This document shows positions 12,458-24,412 of a stretch of 64,000 nt of DNA, piece by piece; position 1 is the stretch's first letter, and the number at the start of each line of letters is the position of its first letter. This DNA comes from Felis catus. Lineage: Eukaryota. Both the position numbers and the translations under genes were made by a program. A model generated the notes under the pieces. That model did no database searches. It was not told where the DNA came from and worked only from the letters and a program-made list of their open reading frames with translations. Location: NCBI RefSeq assembly GCF_018350175.1, contig NC_058368.1, positions 175,896,001-175,960,000 on the forward strand, in the 5' to 3' direction.

Positions 12458-13088
12458 TGAATTGGGAGAGAATAAAATATAAATAAAAAAAAGAACTATC
12501 AGAGAACATTTAAACTACTCATATACATACCCCTAAAAAAAAAAAATCTTTAGTTGTGATAAAGATCTTGAGAGAAACAAACGGAGCAGAGGCGGCAGAG
12601 ACCAGAGCCCTGAAAACCCCAGCCCCGAAGCCAGGAGAGCAGGCAGTCTGGGCATGGGAAGTCATGCGGAGCGAGGTCTACGGCAGCCCCGGAGGCCCAT
12701 TCCACAGCCAGCAATTGTCAGAATGGGGCAGGCACTTCCTGCTCAGCCACATAGCCTACCCCAAAGTCCTGGCGAAGCCTTTGCCTGGCCCCCGGTCTGT
12801 GGAGCTTCATATCCTATGTGTGCCTCTGGGAACCACAGTCCCCACTCTCCCCCAAGTGGGTCCCACAGGGCTATATGGTATTGGCTTAAACAGGCACAGC
12901 ATGGGGTGGGACAGAACATCCCCACACAGCTCCAAAAACCACTTTGGGGGAGAAAGGGATCCATGAGGAAAGTCTGCAGACCTGAAGGGACCTTTAGGAG
13001 CGAACACAAAGACATTCAGAACTGGAACCTCAGGAAGGGAGTTAAAGGCAGGCCTTCTAGAGTGACATGGGGGCGGTAGAATTGATTT

Positions 13089-13277
13089 CATGGAAATAAA
13101 CATAAGACTTGACATTGCTCTCTGTTACATTTCGTGCTTGGTTGGAGCTTGAGATCTCTTGGAGCTTTCTTGCGGTCATCTATAGAATTGCCTCTCTATC
13201 CTGGCTTTGTTTCATCTGCGAATGTGATAAGCCTACCTCACACATCTTTACTGGGGCCACTCCCGAAAATGCTGGAT
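13089..13277 (-). mobile_element. CR1/L3 LINE reverse-transcriptase remnant
   Basis: Minus-strand translation SSIFGSGPSKDV*GRLITFADETKPG ... TKCNREQCQVLC resembles the CR1/L3 RT FNIFINDLDEDIEGMLIKFADDTKLG ... MKFNRDKCKVLH. Confidence 0.75.
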
Positions 13278-13882
13278 AAAAAAAAGACTTCCACCCGTTT
13301 AACGGGAAGCATTGTTCACCCAGGTGCATGCAAAGGTACCTGCTCTACCTTCTGTTACACAGTTCCCCACCTAACCTGAAAGGATAACACCTGATTTGGG
13401 GGCTGAGAGGAAGGTACAACTAGGCAATCAGGTCGCTAAGGGGTTCACCAAGAGCTGGGAAGCATGGTGTAGTGTAGCGATCCGGTGGGGTGTGCATGCA
13501 GTTCCGTGGACCCCGTCCCAGGCTGCTACCGTGGAGCCCACACCACAACCGGAGCGACTCCTGGCTCCTCTCTGGTGTTATCTCTGGCCAGCCTCTGTGG
13601 ATCCTCAGCCTGGCAAGAGCTTCAAAAAATTCTGGCAGCCCTGTGGGGCCTGTCGCACGCCACCTTTGATTTGGGGCTCTTGATTTAAGTTCAAACCACG
13701 TAGTTTTTTGTTTGGGCTGTGTCCTCCTTCTCCTCTTGAACTTGGTTCATCAAAGTCTGTCTTCCAGAAGGGTATCAGGGCCCAACAGTCCTCAGGGGTA
13801 TTTCTTTGATAGAGAATCCATAGGAGTAGCAGGAGACCCTCCTCCATTAGGAAGTTCAGCCCAAGGACATGAGACATTTTTA

Positions 13883-14083
13883 TTTCTTGATTTTTTTGAA
13901 GTTTATTCATTTTTGAGAGAGATGGGCGGGGGAGGGGCAGAGAGAGGAGACACCGAATCCGAAGCAGGCTCCAGGCCCTGAGCTGTCAGCACAGAGCCTG
14001 GCACAGGGCTTGAACCCACGAACCGCGAGATCATGACCTGAGCCGAAGTCGGACACTTAACCTACTGAGCCGCCCAGGTGCCC
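13883..14083 (-). mobile_element. Can-SINE (SINEC_Fc type)
   Basis: TSD gagacattttta (13871-13882 and 14084-14095). Confidence 0.95.
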
Positions 14084-14919
14084 GAGACATTTTTAAATAA
14101 GAGAATGAAAAATACTAAGTGTTTGAAATAAATAACTGGAAATCCAGTTAACACACAATCGAAGGGCATTTGGGCATCTGAGAAAAGACAATGTGAGTTT
14201 TGGGATGCTCCGGAGGCATAAAAGGTGTGAACTCAGAAAAGCTGGACTCAGCACAGCTCCAGTGTTGCAGGGACCTGGCCTAGGGGGTGACGGTGATGCT
14301 TTCCCCCAGGGTGGCTCAGGGCTCCCCACTCTCCCCATGGAATGGTCAAGCTGCCTGCCATGTGTTCCTGTTTTACAAACTGACAGCAGTTATTATTAGA
14401 AAGGGTTTTGCTGCCAACTTGGAAATATATAGACCAGCAGGACTGGAGAGTGAATTTCAGCTCCTATTCCTGCCGGCTGAGGGCAGCTGCTCATTTCGAA
14501 TATAAACAGAAGGTACGGGTTGGGAAGTCCGAAGAGACATATCTGCCATCAGTGTTCCACAGGAGCACTTCGGAAAGGACTATCCGAAGGTATATTCTTC
14601 TGGAGTTCTGGCTTTGGTTTCCTTCTCTGTAAAATGCTGGAGGACTTGGGCAGTTGTGAGGATTTAGTACTATAATAAGGCAAGTGGGAACACTATTGGC
14701 AAATAAGGGAGAGGAGACAAAGAAGGAGACAGACACACAAAGAAGATGTTGCCTGTTCCCCCACAAACCAACCCACAGAAAAAAGTAGAGTTGCAATAAT
14801 CTTCTGCATTCAAAAAATATTCACTGTTCTGAACGCTGTTCTAAATGCCTAGGCTATTACATCAGTGAATAAAGCAGGTGAAAAATGCCTGATCAACCTA
14901 TGCCTGCAGCTTGATAATC

Positions 14920-15021
14920 CCTAGACATGTGAGCCACCTGAGCCAATAAATGCCTGTAGCATTTTAGCCAGTTTGAGCTGGGTTTTTTGTTACTTTCAGA
15001 GCAACGTATCCTAACTGCTAC
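14920..15021 (+). mobile_element. MLT1J/K-like LTR 3' end
   Basis: gagccaataaatgcc...gccagtttgagctgggttttttgttacttt...atcctaactgctac. Confidence 0.6.
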
Positions 15022-15560
15022 TGTCATCCTCTAGACATGGTGACACCTGACCAAACCCTGGGTCTGGTCACATTTCACTCCACATTCAAATTAAGGAGGG
15101 ACACAAAAGACAAAATGTTCATGTCTCTGTCTGAAAAACCAGCCACCTCTGGGTGGCACACAGCTCTTATAAATAACCAGGAAGCAGATTCAGGCTAGAA
15201 AAGGAATTTTAACAATTTCTTTAAAAAAAAAAAAAAAAGATAAAAGGGAAAAGAAAAAAGGGCAGAATTCCACAGGAAATTGAAGGGAATTTGGGAGATA
15301 GAATGTAGCAAGCTTCATTGGGCCATGGCCAGAACAACTGCCCAGAACAAGCCTCCCCTTATTAAAAAGGACAGCCTGAGTGTCCCAGGGTATTAAGACC
15401 TTCCCAGAGCCTCTCACTGGAGATCCGTATAATGAATGGCATTTCTGAGTACAATGTATATATGTTGATAAGCATTTTTTGTTCATTCTGCACCCCCTGA
15501 AACTCACTTGGGAAAGATAATGCTCTGAACTTTCAGGATCTCCACGTGTTTTGGGGTTTT

Positions 15561-15629
15561 TTTTGTTTTGTTTTGTTTTGTTTTGTTTTGTTTTGTTTTG
15601 TTTTGTTTTGTTGTTGTTTTGTTTTGTTT
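15561..15629. repeat. (GTTTT)n pentanucleotide repeat
   Basis: Directly visible. Confidence 0.95.
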
Positions 15630-15869
15630 GCTTTTTTACTAAGTCAGCGTTTGGGGTTTTTTTCTTCTACTTTGTAGACGGTGAAATAAACCCCAGTTGT
15701 CTTGAAGTCTAACGGGATATGCCCCCCTAACTGAAGATCAGGGCTAAAGATCAGAACACAGATGTTCTCAGAAAGATTTGTAAAAGCAACACACACACTC
15801 CTTCCCTTATCCTAGAAAGTAATCTAACAGCCTTTTAATAAGCCCTTTCAGTGCTGTAAGTTGCCATGG

Positions 15870-16410
15870 ACAATTCTGCTATTTCTGCCTCATCAGCACC
15901 TACTCCTCTATCTTCTGTTAACAACAACCAATTTTCCTTTGGGAACCAATTTTCCTCCACTCTCAGGCTTGGTGGCTCAGTTAGGTCTGACCCCCTGTCT
16001 TGGCTGCAGGACAGGAGGGACAAGCGACCCAGACCCAGCCAATCAGAGCATCACACCCTCCTGGTCACATGATAATTGGCTTAAGAATGGTCCTATGGCT
16101 CCCACCAGGCCAATGGAAAACAGTCCAACAACTTATGTAGAAATTTGGGGGGGGGGAACACTGCTCCTTCTCACTGAGGCTGCTTAGCTGATAGAATGCA
16201 AGTCCAGAGGACCTCAGTGCTAATGGGAAGATAACAGAACAGATAGTTGGGGACAGATGGAGTCTTGATGACACATTTGGATGCCCCAGATCCAACTGTG
16301 CCTAAAGTCAGCCTCTTCAAGATATCGAAGCCAAAATTTTCCCTACTTTTTTTTCTTTTACTTAAACTAGTTATGTCTCTATCATTTTCAACCAATCCTG
16401 GCTAATTCGT
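15870..16410 (+). mobile_element. MaLR LTR (MLT1K-like)
   Basis: agccaatcagagcatc..tggtcacatgataattggcttaagaatgg..ccaggccaatg..ccagatccaactgtgcctaaagtcag..cttaaactagtt. Confidence 0.65.
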
Positions 16411-17178
16411 AAGTAAAGGTATTCCCTACCTGGCCTATCCCTGCCCATACCACACTCAATCGTGGCAGTTGAGAAATTGCCTGGGCCCCACCACCTCCTC
16501 CTTCCAAACGCTGTTTATCTTGAAAAAGATGCAGCATTCGCAATGCTGCCCCTCCTTCCCTTCTCGCCCTATGAAATCCAGTTGTTTTCAAAGCCGTGAC
16601 TACAGACCCCACCCACCTCCATTAACCCCATGGGCCTTTTACCCAAGATCTTTCTTTAGAGGCACCCCAACTCCAGTCCTGTACACGATGCTCTTGCGGT
16701 GGTAGGCGAGAAAGCACGAACCGGAGTCCTGATCAACAGGAGCTTACCTGGGGCTTCAGCCTAATGTTGTGAGGCCTGGCTTCTGATTAGTTAGGAAGTG
16801 CTCAGAAAAAGCAGCAGCTCTAGCACCAGGGAAAGAAAACCAACAGGGCTCTGTCACAGGTGTCTTCGAGTCCTTCCCAGACAGCTCCCTGGGGCCCACA
16901 GCAATTACCGAGTGCTTTTCACAAAACCTCACGATCACGCCTCTATGTTCTTTTCTGGAAAGGCCACTGAAGACCCCACTATCCAGCACGGGGCAAGTGC
17001 ACAGCCAAGGCCAAGTGGTGGCTCCCTGAGGCTCTCAGATCAAGCGGTGTTCGCGTGTACACAGAAAAAGGCTGGCCCCAGGCTCAGAACGCTATCCATC
17101 ACCTTCCAGAAAGAGAGCTGCGGGCAGGGCTCCACTGACGCTCACAGGGCATCAGCAACCTTCTGCTCTGAGGGGGTC

Positions 17179-17639
17179 GGCAGTAGGCTGAATAATGGCC
17201 CTAAGTACCTAGACCCAAAGATGTCCCCGTCCTAATTCCTAGAACCTGCGATTGTGACCTTGGAACAAGGGGCTCTGCCAATGTAATGAAGTTCAAGATC
17301 TTGAGATGGCGAGGTGACTCTGCATACTCCGTGGCCCCGTGTGGTCACATATCTCCTAATAAGAGGGGCACAAGGGGAGTCAGAGTCAGAGGAGGAGTCC
17401 ATGTGATGACAGACGAGAGGCTGCGGTGATGCATTTTGAAAACAGCAAGTGCACAGCAGCCAAGGAATGGAGGTCGCTTCCAGCAGGTGGAAAACCCGAG
17501 GACATGAATTCTCCTCTAAAGAGAATGGCCAGAGAGCCAACACCTTGACTGATTTCTGACTTCCAGTCTCCAGAACTGTAATAAATTAAATCTGTGCTGT
17601 TTTAAGCCACTACCTTTGTGGTACCAGGAAACTAATTCA
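17179..17639 (+). mobile_element. MaLR solo LTR (MLT1D-like)
   Basis: Starts gtaggctgaataatggccc..aaagatgtcccc, ends ccagaactgtaataaattaaatctgtgctgttttaagccac..ggaaactaattca. Confidence 0.85.
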
Positions 17640-17969
17640 GATTATCTGGGTCCAGATGCCAGGGACAGCTCCCTGCTCAGCCCAAGCAGGGATCTGGTTC
17701 CTATGGCTGGGAAAATGCTACAGGTACGTGACGGGGTCCCCATCTCACAGCTCCCATGACATCCTGGTCCTTCCCCGCCTCTGAAGGGAACCCCTGAGCT
17801 CAGACTCAGAGCCCTGTTGACCAAAGAGAGCCAGACGGAGGTTCTGAGGGGCAAGGAGGCCAGCGTTCCTCCACTAGTCGCCAACCTGGCTGTAACCGGA
17901 TAGGACGTCGTGTCTCCTACTGGCACTTCCCCCAACAGAAGCACGGTAGAGAGAAAGGACGGAAGTACG

Positions 17970-18120
17970 TGGCCAGTGTAACAAATTACCACAAACATAG
18001 TGTCTTTAAAAAAAATTCATTCTCTACCGTTCCAGAAGGCCAGGAGTCCAAAAACTGTCTCACCAGCTAACATCAAGATGGCGGCGGGGCTGGATCCTTT
18101 TGGAACTACTGAGGGGAGCA
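17970..18120 (-). mobile_element. MLT1 LTR 3' fragment
   Basis: tgtaacaaattaccacaaacatagtgtctttaaa...ttccagaaggccaggagtccaaaa...aacatcaagatggcggcggggctg. Confidence 0.7.
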
Positions 18121-19259
18121 TCATATACCGAAACTAGACAATGCAGTTATTGCAAAATCAATGGAAATAACTGCGAGTTAAATAAAACCCACCAAAGAGA
18201 GGAATCTATTTCCAATGGGGAGTCGTCTCTGAGAGAAGCCAAGCTAGCTTCTTCGGGCCATTTCTGTCCTTTATGCTAATGCTGTATTGGCGAGAATCCT
18301 AGTGATCTCCATTCAAGGTAATACACTCATGTGTCCCTTTCCCTCCACTGGACTCTCAGCTGGGACTCAGTAAATTCTGTGTATTCACGTATGGGAGCCA
18401 GGTGGGAGAGCTGCAGCCAGTCCTCGCTGGCTTTTAGCCAACCTAGAAAGTAGCCAAGTGCCCAGAGCTGCCCTCTCCTCCCACTGTCTGGCCTTATGAC
18501 CAACAGAATAGAATGTTCCCTGTCCCCACAGACCAAACAAAGGCATAGGAAAATGGTGGCCCTAGGGCATGGCCGTTAATATGCCAACAGACTGCTCTCT
18601 GTCAAGATGTTCTCATGGGCAAAAACTTCCACATCAAACCTCAAGATACAACTCCTCTTTCTCCCTAAATTAACATCAGCACTGGAAGAAAGACCTGGCT
18701 TGTTGTCATCATCCCCACAAGGGCAACCAATTACTGAGTACTTACACATACCACTCTGCAGACAGGTGAAGAAATCCAGCCAAGTCCATTGACTCAGCTC
18801 AACCCTTATGTTCTTTCCAACAACTGCTGTTCGTACACACAGTTGCTACATCCACATATGATGGGATAGTTCTTCTAAACTACTAACTGGTAAGGGTTTT
18901 GTTTGGCTTTTGTTTGTTTCCTGCGATTTCACATTACCCCGGGATGATTCCCCGATTCGTGCAGCAGTCAGGGCGCTCTATATCCTTATACCCCAAGGGA
19001 TGACACGCAACCAGAATCTTTTCTTGAGTTGCCAAAGTGTAGAGCCTTCAAGACCCATAAAGGGCTTATTTGCAAAGGCAACACAATAGACTTTGGATAA
19101 GTTGTGATTAGGAATAGCAAAGCTTCCAATCATACCCAGGTCAAGGTTCCCTAGACCTGGGGGAGCAAAGGACGTGAAGCAAGGGATGAGAGAGGGCACC
19201 CTGTCTCCTGCCCCTGGACTTGGCCCAAAGAGAGTGGAGAGGATGACAGGAGGCCCGTG

Positions 19260-19380
19260 AAGTTTTTCCCAAACCTCAGTCATTAACGTGTCAACACTGT
19301 ATTTTTGCTGTCACTTTTCACCCATAGTGGCATTTACTTGCTTTTTCCCTTTATTATTTTTTTAATGTTTATTTACTTTT

Positions 19381-19417
<37 letters not shown>

Positions 19418-19805
19418 CACAAGTGGGGGAGGGGCAGAGAGACAGAGGGAGACACAGAATACAAAGCAGGCTCCAGACTCTGAGCTGTCAGCACAGAGCC
19501 CGATGCGGGGCTTGAACTCACGAACTGTGCGATCATGACCTGAGCCGAAGTCGGAGGTTTAACTGACTCAGCCACGCTGGCGCCCCTTGCTTTTTCTCTT
19601 TGAATTGACTTTAAAATAACTCTTTTTAAAACCTCGCTTCTTCCCAAGCAATAATATTCTTAAAATCAGAGACTTGATGTGCTGGTTATATTTTTCTAGT
19701 ACTCATGAAAATAAATACATAACAATTAACATTTTAAAAACACTTGTGTGTTACCTAAACGCTTGCCCTCGGGGGAAGTGCTGTTACTACCTCCGGGGAA
19801 CATGA
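19260..19805. mobile_element. hAT-Charlie element (MER113-like), interrupted by a SINE
   Basis: agtttttcccaaacctcagtcatt start. aaatcagagacttgatgtgctggttatatttttctagtac..aaaataaatacataac..tacctaaa matches the remembered MER113A interior. Confidence 0.6.
19351..19586 (-). mobile_element. Can-SINE carrying a (CA)n tract
   Basis: TSD ttgctttttc(c/t)ctt. (CA)n at 19382-19416. Confidence 0.95.
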
Positions 19806-20344
19806 TTACACTTTCAGATGGAAGCCCTAGGGAAGAGGGCGCACAATCAGGAATGAGGGTCCTTTGCAAGGCCCTGGGCAACCGCGAGGAACGGGGGCCA
19901 GGTTGCGGGGTGTGCTGAAAAACTGAAATTGATGACCCCAGATACAGCCGCGGCATTCACCAAAGCTCTGTACGACCACCAGTGAGTGACAAACTGGGAA
20001 GTAAATGCCTCGCAAATATTCCTAGTGCCATGAGAACACCCTGACCTTTGATTCTCGCAGATAGCAAATGACCTGAGCTGTGGCTCCCTTCCGGACAATA
20101 ATAAGGATGTGCCCCACGAGCTGTCTGGTCTTTGCTCTGTCTACAAACCCACATGCCCACAGGGGTGAGGCAGACAGTGAGTTCAGTGGGCCTGTGTCAG
20201 CCCGAAACCGCAATGCAAGCAGGGGAAAAAATGACCACTGACGCTTGGCCTCGGGAAGCAGGAGACAAGAAGGAACGGTGGGCGCCGTGGAGGACCGGGG
20301 GTCAAGCATCAGTTACCTCAGCGCGCGCCAGCTGCTCCACGCCC

Positions 20345-20580
20345 AGATGTGACCTTGGACAAGGTACTTTCTCTCTGCACCTCAGTTTCTTCGTCTATAA
20401 AGCAAGGTTGAAAATAAGGGTATGGCACCAGGAGGGGAGTTAAATGAGATTATGCATGTACCCCCCCTGGGCACATATTAAACATTCAAACTCTTGGTTC
20501 TTGTTAAATGACTTGCCTGAGGTCACACAGCTTGGATATGAAGAACCCACATCAGCTGTCACCAAAACCAACGGTCTTTC
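20345..20580. mobile_element. Two adjacent MIR fragments (+ then -)
   Basis: tgtgaccttggacaaggtactt..cctcagtttcttcgtctataaa (+), then gttaaatgacttgcctgaggtcacacagct (-). Confidence 0.65.
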
Positions 20581-21590
20581 CGCCAGACTATATACATCCT
20601 GTCACATGACCAGCAAATTATGTCATTAATGTCTGCAAACCAACCCCCCCCCCCCGCCCCCGCCGCCCCAGTTTAACATCGTGCCCAAATCAGACTTCCC
20701 AGAAAGTCACTGGGACATATACTTAGCGATGCGCACAGTCTCTCTGTCACAGCCTGGGGATTCAGACTGGGTGAAAGCGCTGTGGGGCCACAGGGAGAGC
20801 TCATCACATGAAGCCGCACAGCCCTGCGTCCAGACCCAAGCTGCATGACCTCCCCACTCTGAGCCTCAGTATTGCAGCCTGGGAAATAACCATGTCTAAT
20901 AGTCACCCCACCAAACTGCAGTGAGGTCTGAATGACACAACACGAAGGCGAGTTCTTCAGAAACCGGAAGCGCGTCACAACTGCCAGCCTGGAAGCTGAT
21001 GTCTACGATGATTTAACTCTCTCAGGGCTGCAGCATCCCTGGGTCTGGCTGGACAAGGTCAACCTGCAGCAGAGGGGCCCAGGAAGTGGCCCTGGGTCTC
21101 CCTGACCGAGGGTTGGAGGGGGAGGAGAGGGGAGGGGTCTGTTTCCCACGCCTGGACGTTGAGAGATCACGGTGATGGGAATCTGGCAGGGGGAACAATT
21201 ATTTCTCCTTGCTGACGAACAAAGGAGCCTAGACCTCCAGCTTCCACATGCAGAATGCAGAGTACTCTCTTGGCCACTCTTAACTAATTAACTATGAAGT
21301 AAGGAAGTGTGGGAATACACAGCCAAAATAGAAATGAACGTTTTAAGAAATGGATGCCTACCCACAGCACGCTTAAGATGTATGCGTTTTATCGTATGTT
21401 CAGAAAAAACTATAAGCAAATAGTGGACTCTAACAATATACATGCTGAAGTATACTGGAGATGCGTCTTAGTGGCTGCAACTTACACTGAAATGCACCTC
21501 CCGAAATTACAGATGGGTGGATGTAGACAGGAAGGGCTGGGTAGGGAGAAACATGATAAAACCACACGCAGTCAAATATGAATGCATGTA

Positions 21591-22081
21591 TAGGGGCACA
21601 CACACCCCAATGTTTATAGCAGCACTTTCAGTAATAGCCAGATTACGAAAAGAGTCGACATGTCCATCAACTGATGACTGGATACAGAATATGCGGTATA
21701 TATATACAGTGGAATATAACTTGGCAATGAGAAAGAATGAAATGTTGCCATTTGCAGCAACATGGATGGAGCTGGAGGGTATGATGCTAAGTGAAATAAG
21801 TCAGTCAGAGAAAGACAGATACCATATGTTTTCACTCATATGTGGATCTTGGGAAACTTAACAGAAGCCCATGGGGGAGGGGGAGGGGAAGGGGAAAAAA
21901 AGTTACAAACAGAGAGGGAGGGAGGCAAACCATAGGAGACTCTTAAATGCAGGGAACAAACTGAGGGTTGATGGGGGATGGGAGGGAGGGGGCAGTGGGT
22001 GATGGGCATTGAGGAGGGCACCTGTTGGGATGAGCATTGGGTGTTGTATGGAAGCCAATTTGACAATAAGTTCTATTTAAA
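21591..22081 (+). mobile_element. 5'-truncated felid/carnivore L1 (ORF2 C-terminus plus 3' UTR) inserted in an older L1M 3' fragment
   Basis: ORF 21517-21861 gives TPMFIAAL...PFAATWMELEGMMLSEISQSEKDRYHMFSLICG (L1 ORF2 C-terminus). G-rich 3' UTR. TSD aaatat(g/t)aatgcatgta at 21574-21590 and 22082-22098. Confidence 0.92.
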
Positions 22082-24174
22082 AAATATTAATGCATGTAAT
22101 TTTTGAAAACTTAAAAAAAATAACTTTTAAAAATAAATAAACAATTTTTAAAAGACTAATGCACGTAGACTGTAAGTGGCAGGCATGTGAGCACTCGCTC
22201 TAAAAGTCCTCCAACTTTTCTGCATTGTTTGAAAACTTTTTGTAAGACAATGTTAGAAAAGTAGATGCCTAGTAAATAAATTTAATATAGTTGTTCTAAT
22301 ATTAAGCAGGAAAAGCGATCTGTATGATTTCCATTATGTAAAGGCTCCTCTGCCACCACGATGGGATGTAAGACATTTTAGGAAAGACTCCCTTTGGAAA
22401 AAAGAAAAAGAAAAAACCCCACAAATCTCTGCTGAAATGTTGTCACTGGAGATTTGTACGTCTGCACCTTGAAGGCTTCTGGCCCTCCAGAATCTTCTTT
22501 TATGTTTAGGGTGTCTTCAAAGAACATACCCCTCCAGTCATTATCAACATGCATCTGAGAGGGAGAGAAATTGGCAGCCAGCTGAGAGGAAAATAGAATT
22601 GGGAAGTAACAAGAGATGAAAAGCAACCACTAAAGAGACGGAAGGAAATGGGGTCAGATGAGGACAAACCTGTTTTCAAAACGTGGTCTCCCATTGGCTG
22701 CACCAGAATATTTGCCATCTTATGCCATGTGAAGAGGGAAACTGAGGCAGAAAGGTGTAAAGAGACCTGCCTCAAGTCACAGAATGCTCCACAAATATAA
22801 AAGTTGGGAGTGGTATCTTCACCACCTCTGGAACGGGGTCCGCTTTACCCAATGCACCTGCACTAGGGGGGGGGGGGCACGCAGTCAGAAGCCGGGAGCA
22901 GGCATGCCCAGGGGAGGCGGGGAATACTGCAGGGGGAACTGCAGGAACTGAGGTGGGGAACTGCAGGCGAGGGCCTCCTCCCGGGCATTCCTTCCATCCC
23001 ACTGCTTCCAGGTGGGCAAGGAACTCTCTGGAGCTCTGTCCTCGCCCTCCGGGGAGGGCTTTCCTGCCTCCAGGTGTGAGGGAAGGAGAGACCAAAGCGG
23101 TGCTTATTCCGTCAGCGTCCCTGCCCCTAAGGCAAACCACGTGAGCCTGTCCCCTTCCTGATACGGAAACCCACAGCGGGTGGTGGGGTCGTGGGCGGAC
23201 GGGGTGAGGACAACTCTTTTCTGATCAGGTCCCACCACTCGGCGAGATGAATGCTCCAACAGTAAGTCAGCCTGGAGACGGAGTCCTGAAAATGCTAGTT
23301 GAACAGCTTCTTAACTTGGACAGTCACTCAAGCGTAGAATTACTCAAAATATCTTTGCCCATTAAACTGCCCTTTTTTTTTTTTCTTTACAAAATCTGGC
23401 TGTTCTTCCCAAAATGTTTTGACTGGGAATTTCTGAAATGTCTCGAATATCTTGATGTGCAGTTCTTTGCAACAAGGGGAATCTGCCCTGTTCCACACCG
23501 CAATGTGCAGCGAAGGTCCAGAGTCAAGGAGCCAGAAGCCATAAAGCTGGAATTACAGTAATGCCATCCTGAGGCCAGAGATAGGAAGCAAGCGTGTCAC
23601 TCACCCTCGCCCAGTGGAAGTGGCCTCCCAAGACGGGGCCCAATCCAGGAAAATAAACACTGAGGCACAAGAGGCGAAACGAACGAGCGAACAGCATCTT
23701 AGGACGACAAAGAGCACAGCAGGTGAAAGTTCAGAGTCATTCCATTGACAAAGGCTCTCTGAGCATCTACTGAATACGGAAGTACATCCAGAGAGCAGCA
23801 GAAAGGGGTGTGTCACCAGAGCCATGCTGGGCGGTGGGGACGATGGCCACGTGGGGGCTGGGGAGCTCAGGGAGGCAGCAGAAGGCCAGCTCGGACAAAA
23901 GCCTCCCCTCCCAGGTTCTGGGACCTCACAGTGACTGCATGATAGTTCCCGGGAAAGGGGGAACTCAGGACACTGACGGCACAAGAAGCTGGGTGGGGAG
24001 TCGGGGAGCAGCCAATGCAGGGCACCTGGGCACCCCTGAGAAACGTTCTGTCCTTGAACCACTCTGAGACACTCGGCAGCCACACCCTTAACTCAGCCGG
24101 CACGACTTTTGGTTCTTGAAGCCTGCTGGGTTACCAGACATAGACTCTCTTATAAAAGATGTCCCCAGATTTCT

Positions 24175-24412
24175 CTCTTTTTTTTTTTTATTTTTTTAAT
24201 GTTTATTTATTTTTGAGAGAGAGACAGAGAGATAGAGTGTGAGCGGGAGAGGGTCACAGAGAGAGAGAGAGAGGGGGAGACACAGAATCTGAAGCGGGCT
24301 CCAGGCTCTGAGCTGTGAGCACAGAGCCTAACGCGGGGCTCAAACTCATGACCGGTGAGATCGGACCTGAGCCGAAGTCGGACGCTTAACGGACTGAGCC
24401 ACCCAGGCGCCC
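24175..24412 (-). mobile_element. Can-SINE (SINEC_Fc type)
   Basis: TSD aagatg(t/a)ccccagatttct (24156-24174 and 24413-24431). Confidence 0.95.

Noticed and set aside
15048..15070. 23-bp imperfect palindrome tgaccaaaccc-t-gggtctggtca
   Set aside because: Short, with one mismatch. Plausibly chance or MITE debris in 64 kb.
20645..20669. C-runs as functional G-quadruplex elements (also ~41885-41918 and ~52062-52095)
   Set aside because: G4-compatible, but these are common low-complexity tracts with no contextual evidence of function.
21517..21861. 114-aa ORF as a gene
   Set aside because: It is the C-terminal tail of L1 ORF2 in a 5'-truncated copy, joined to flanking sequence.
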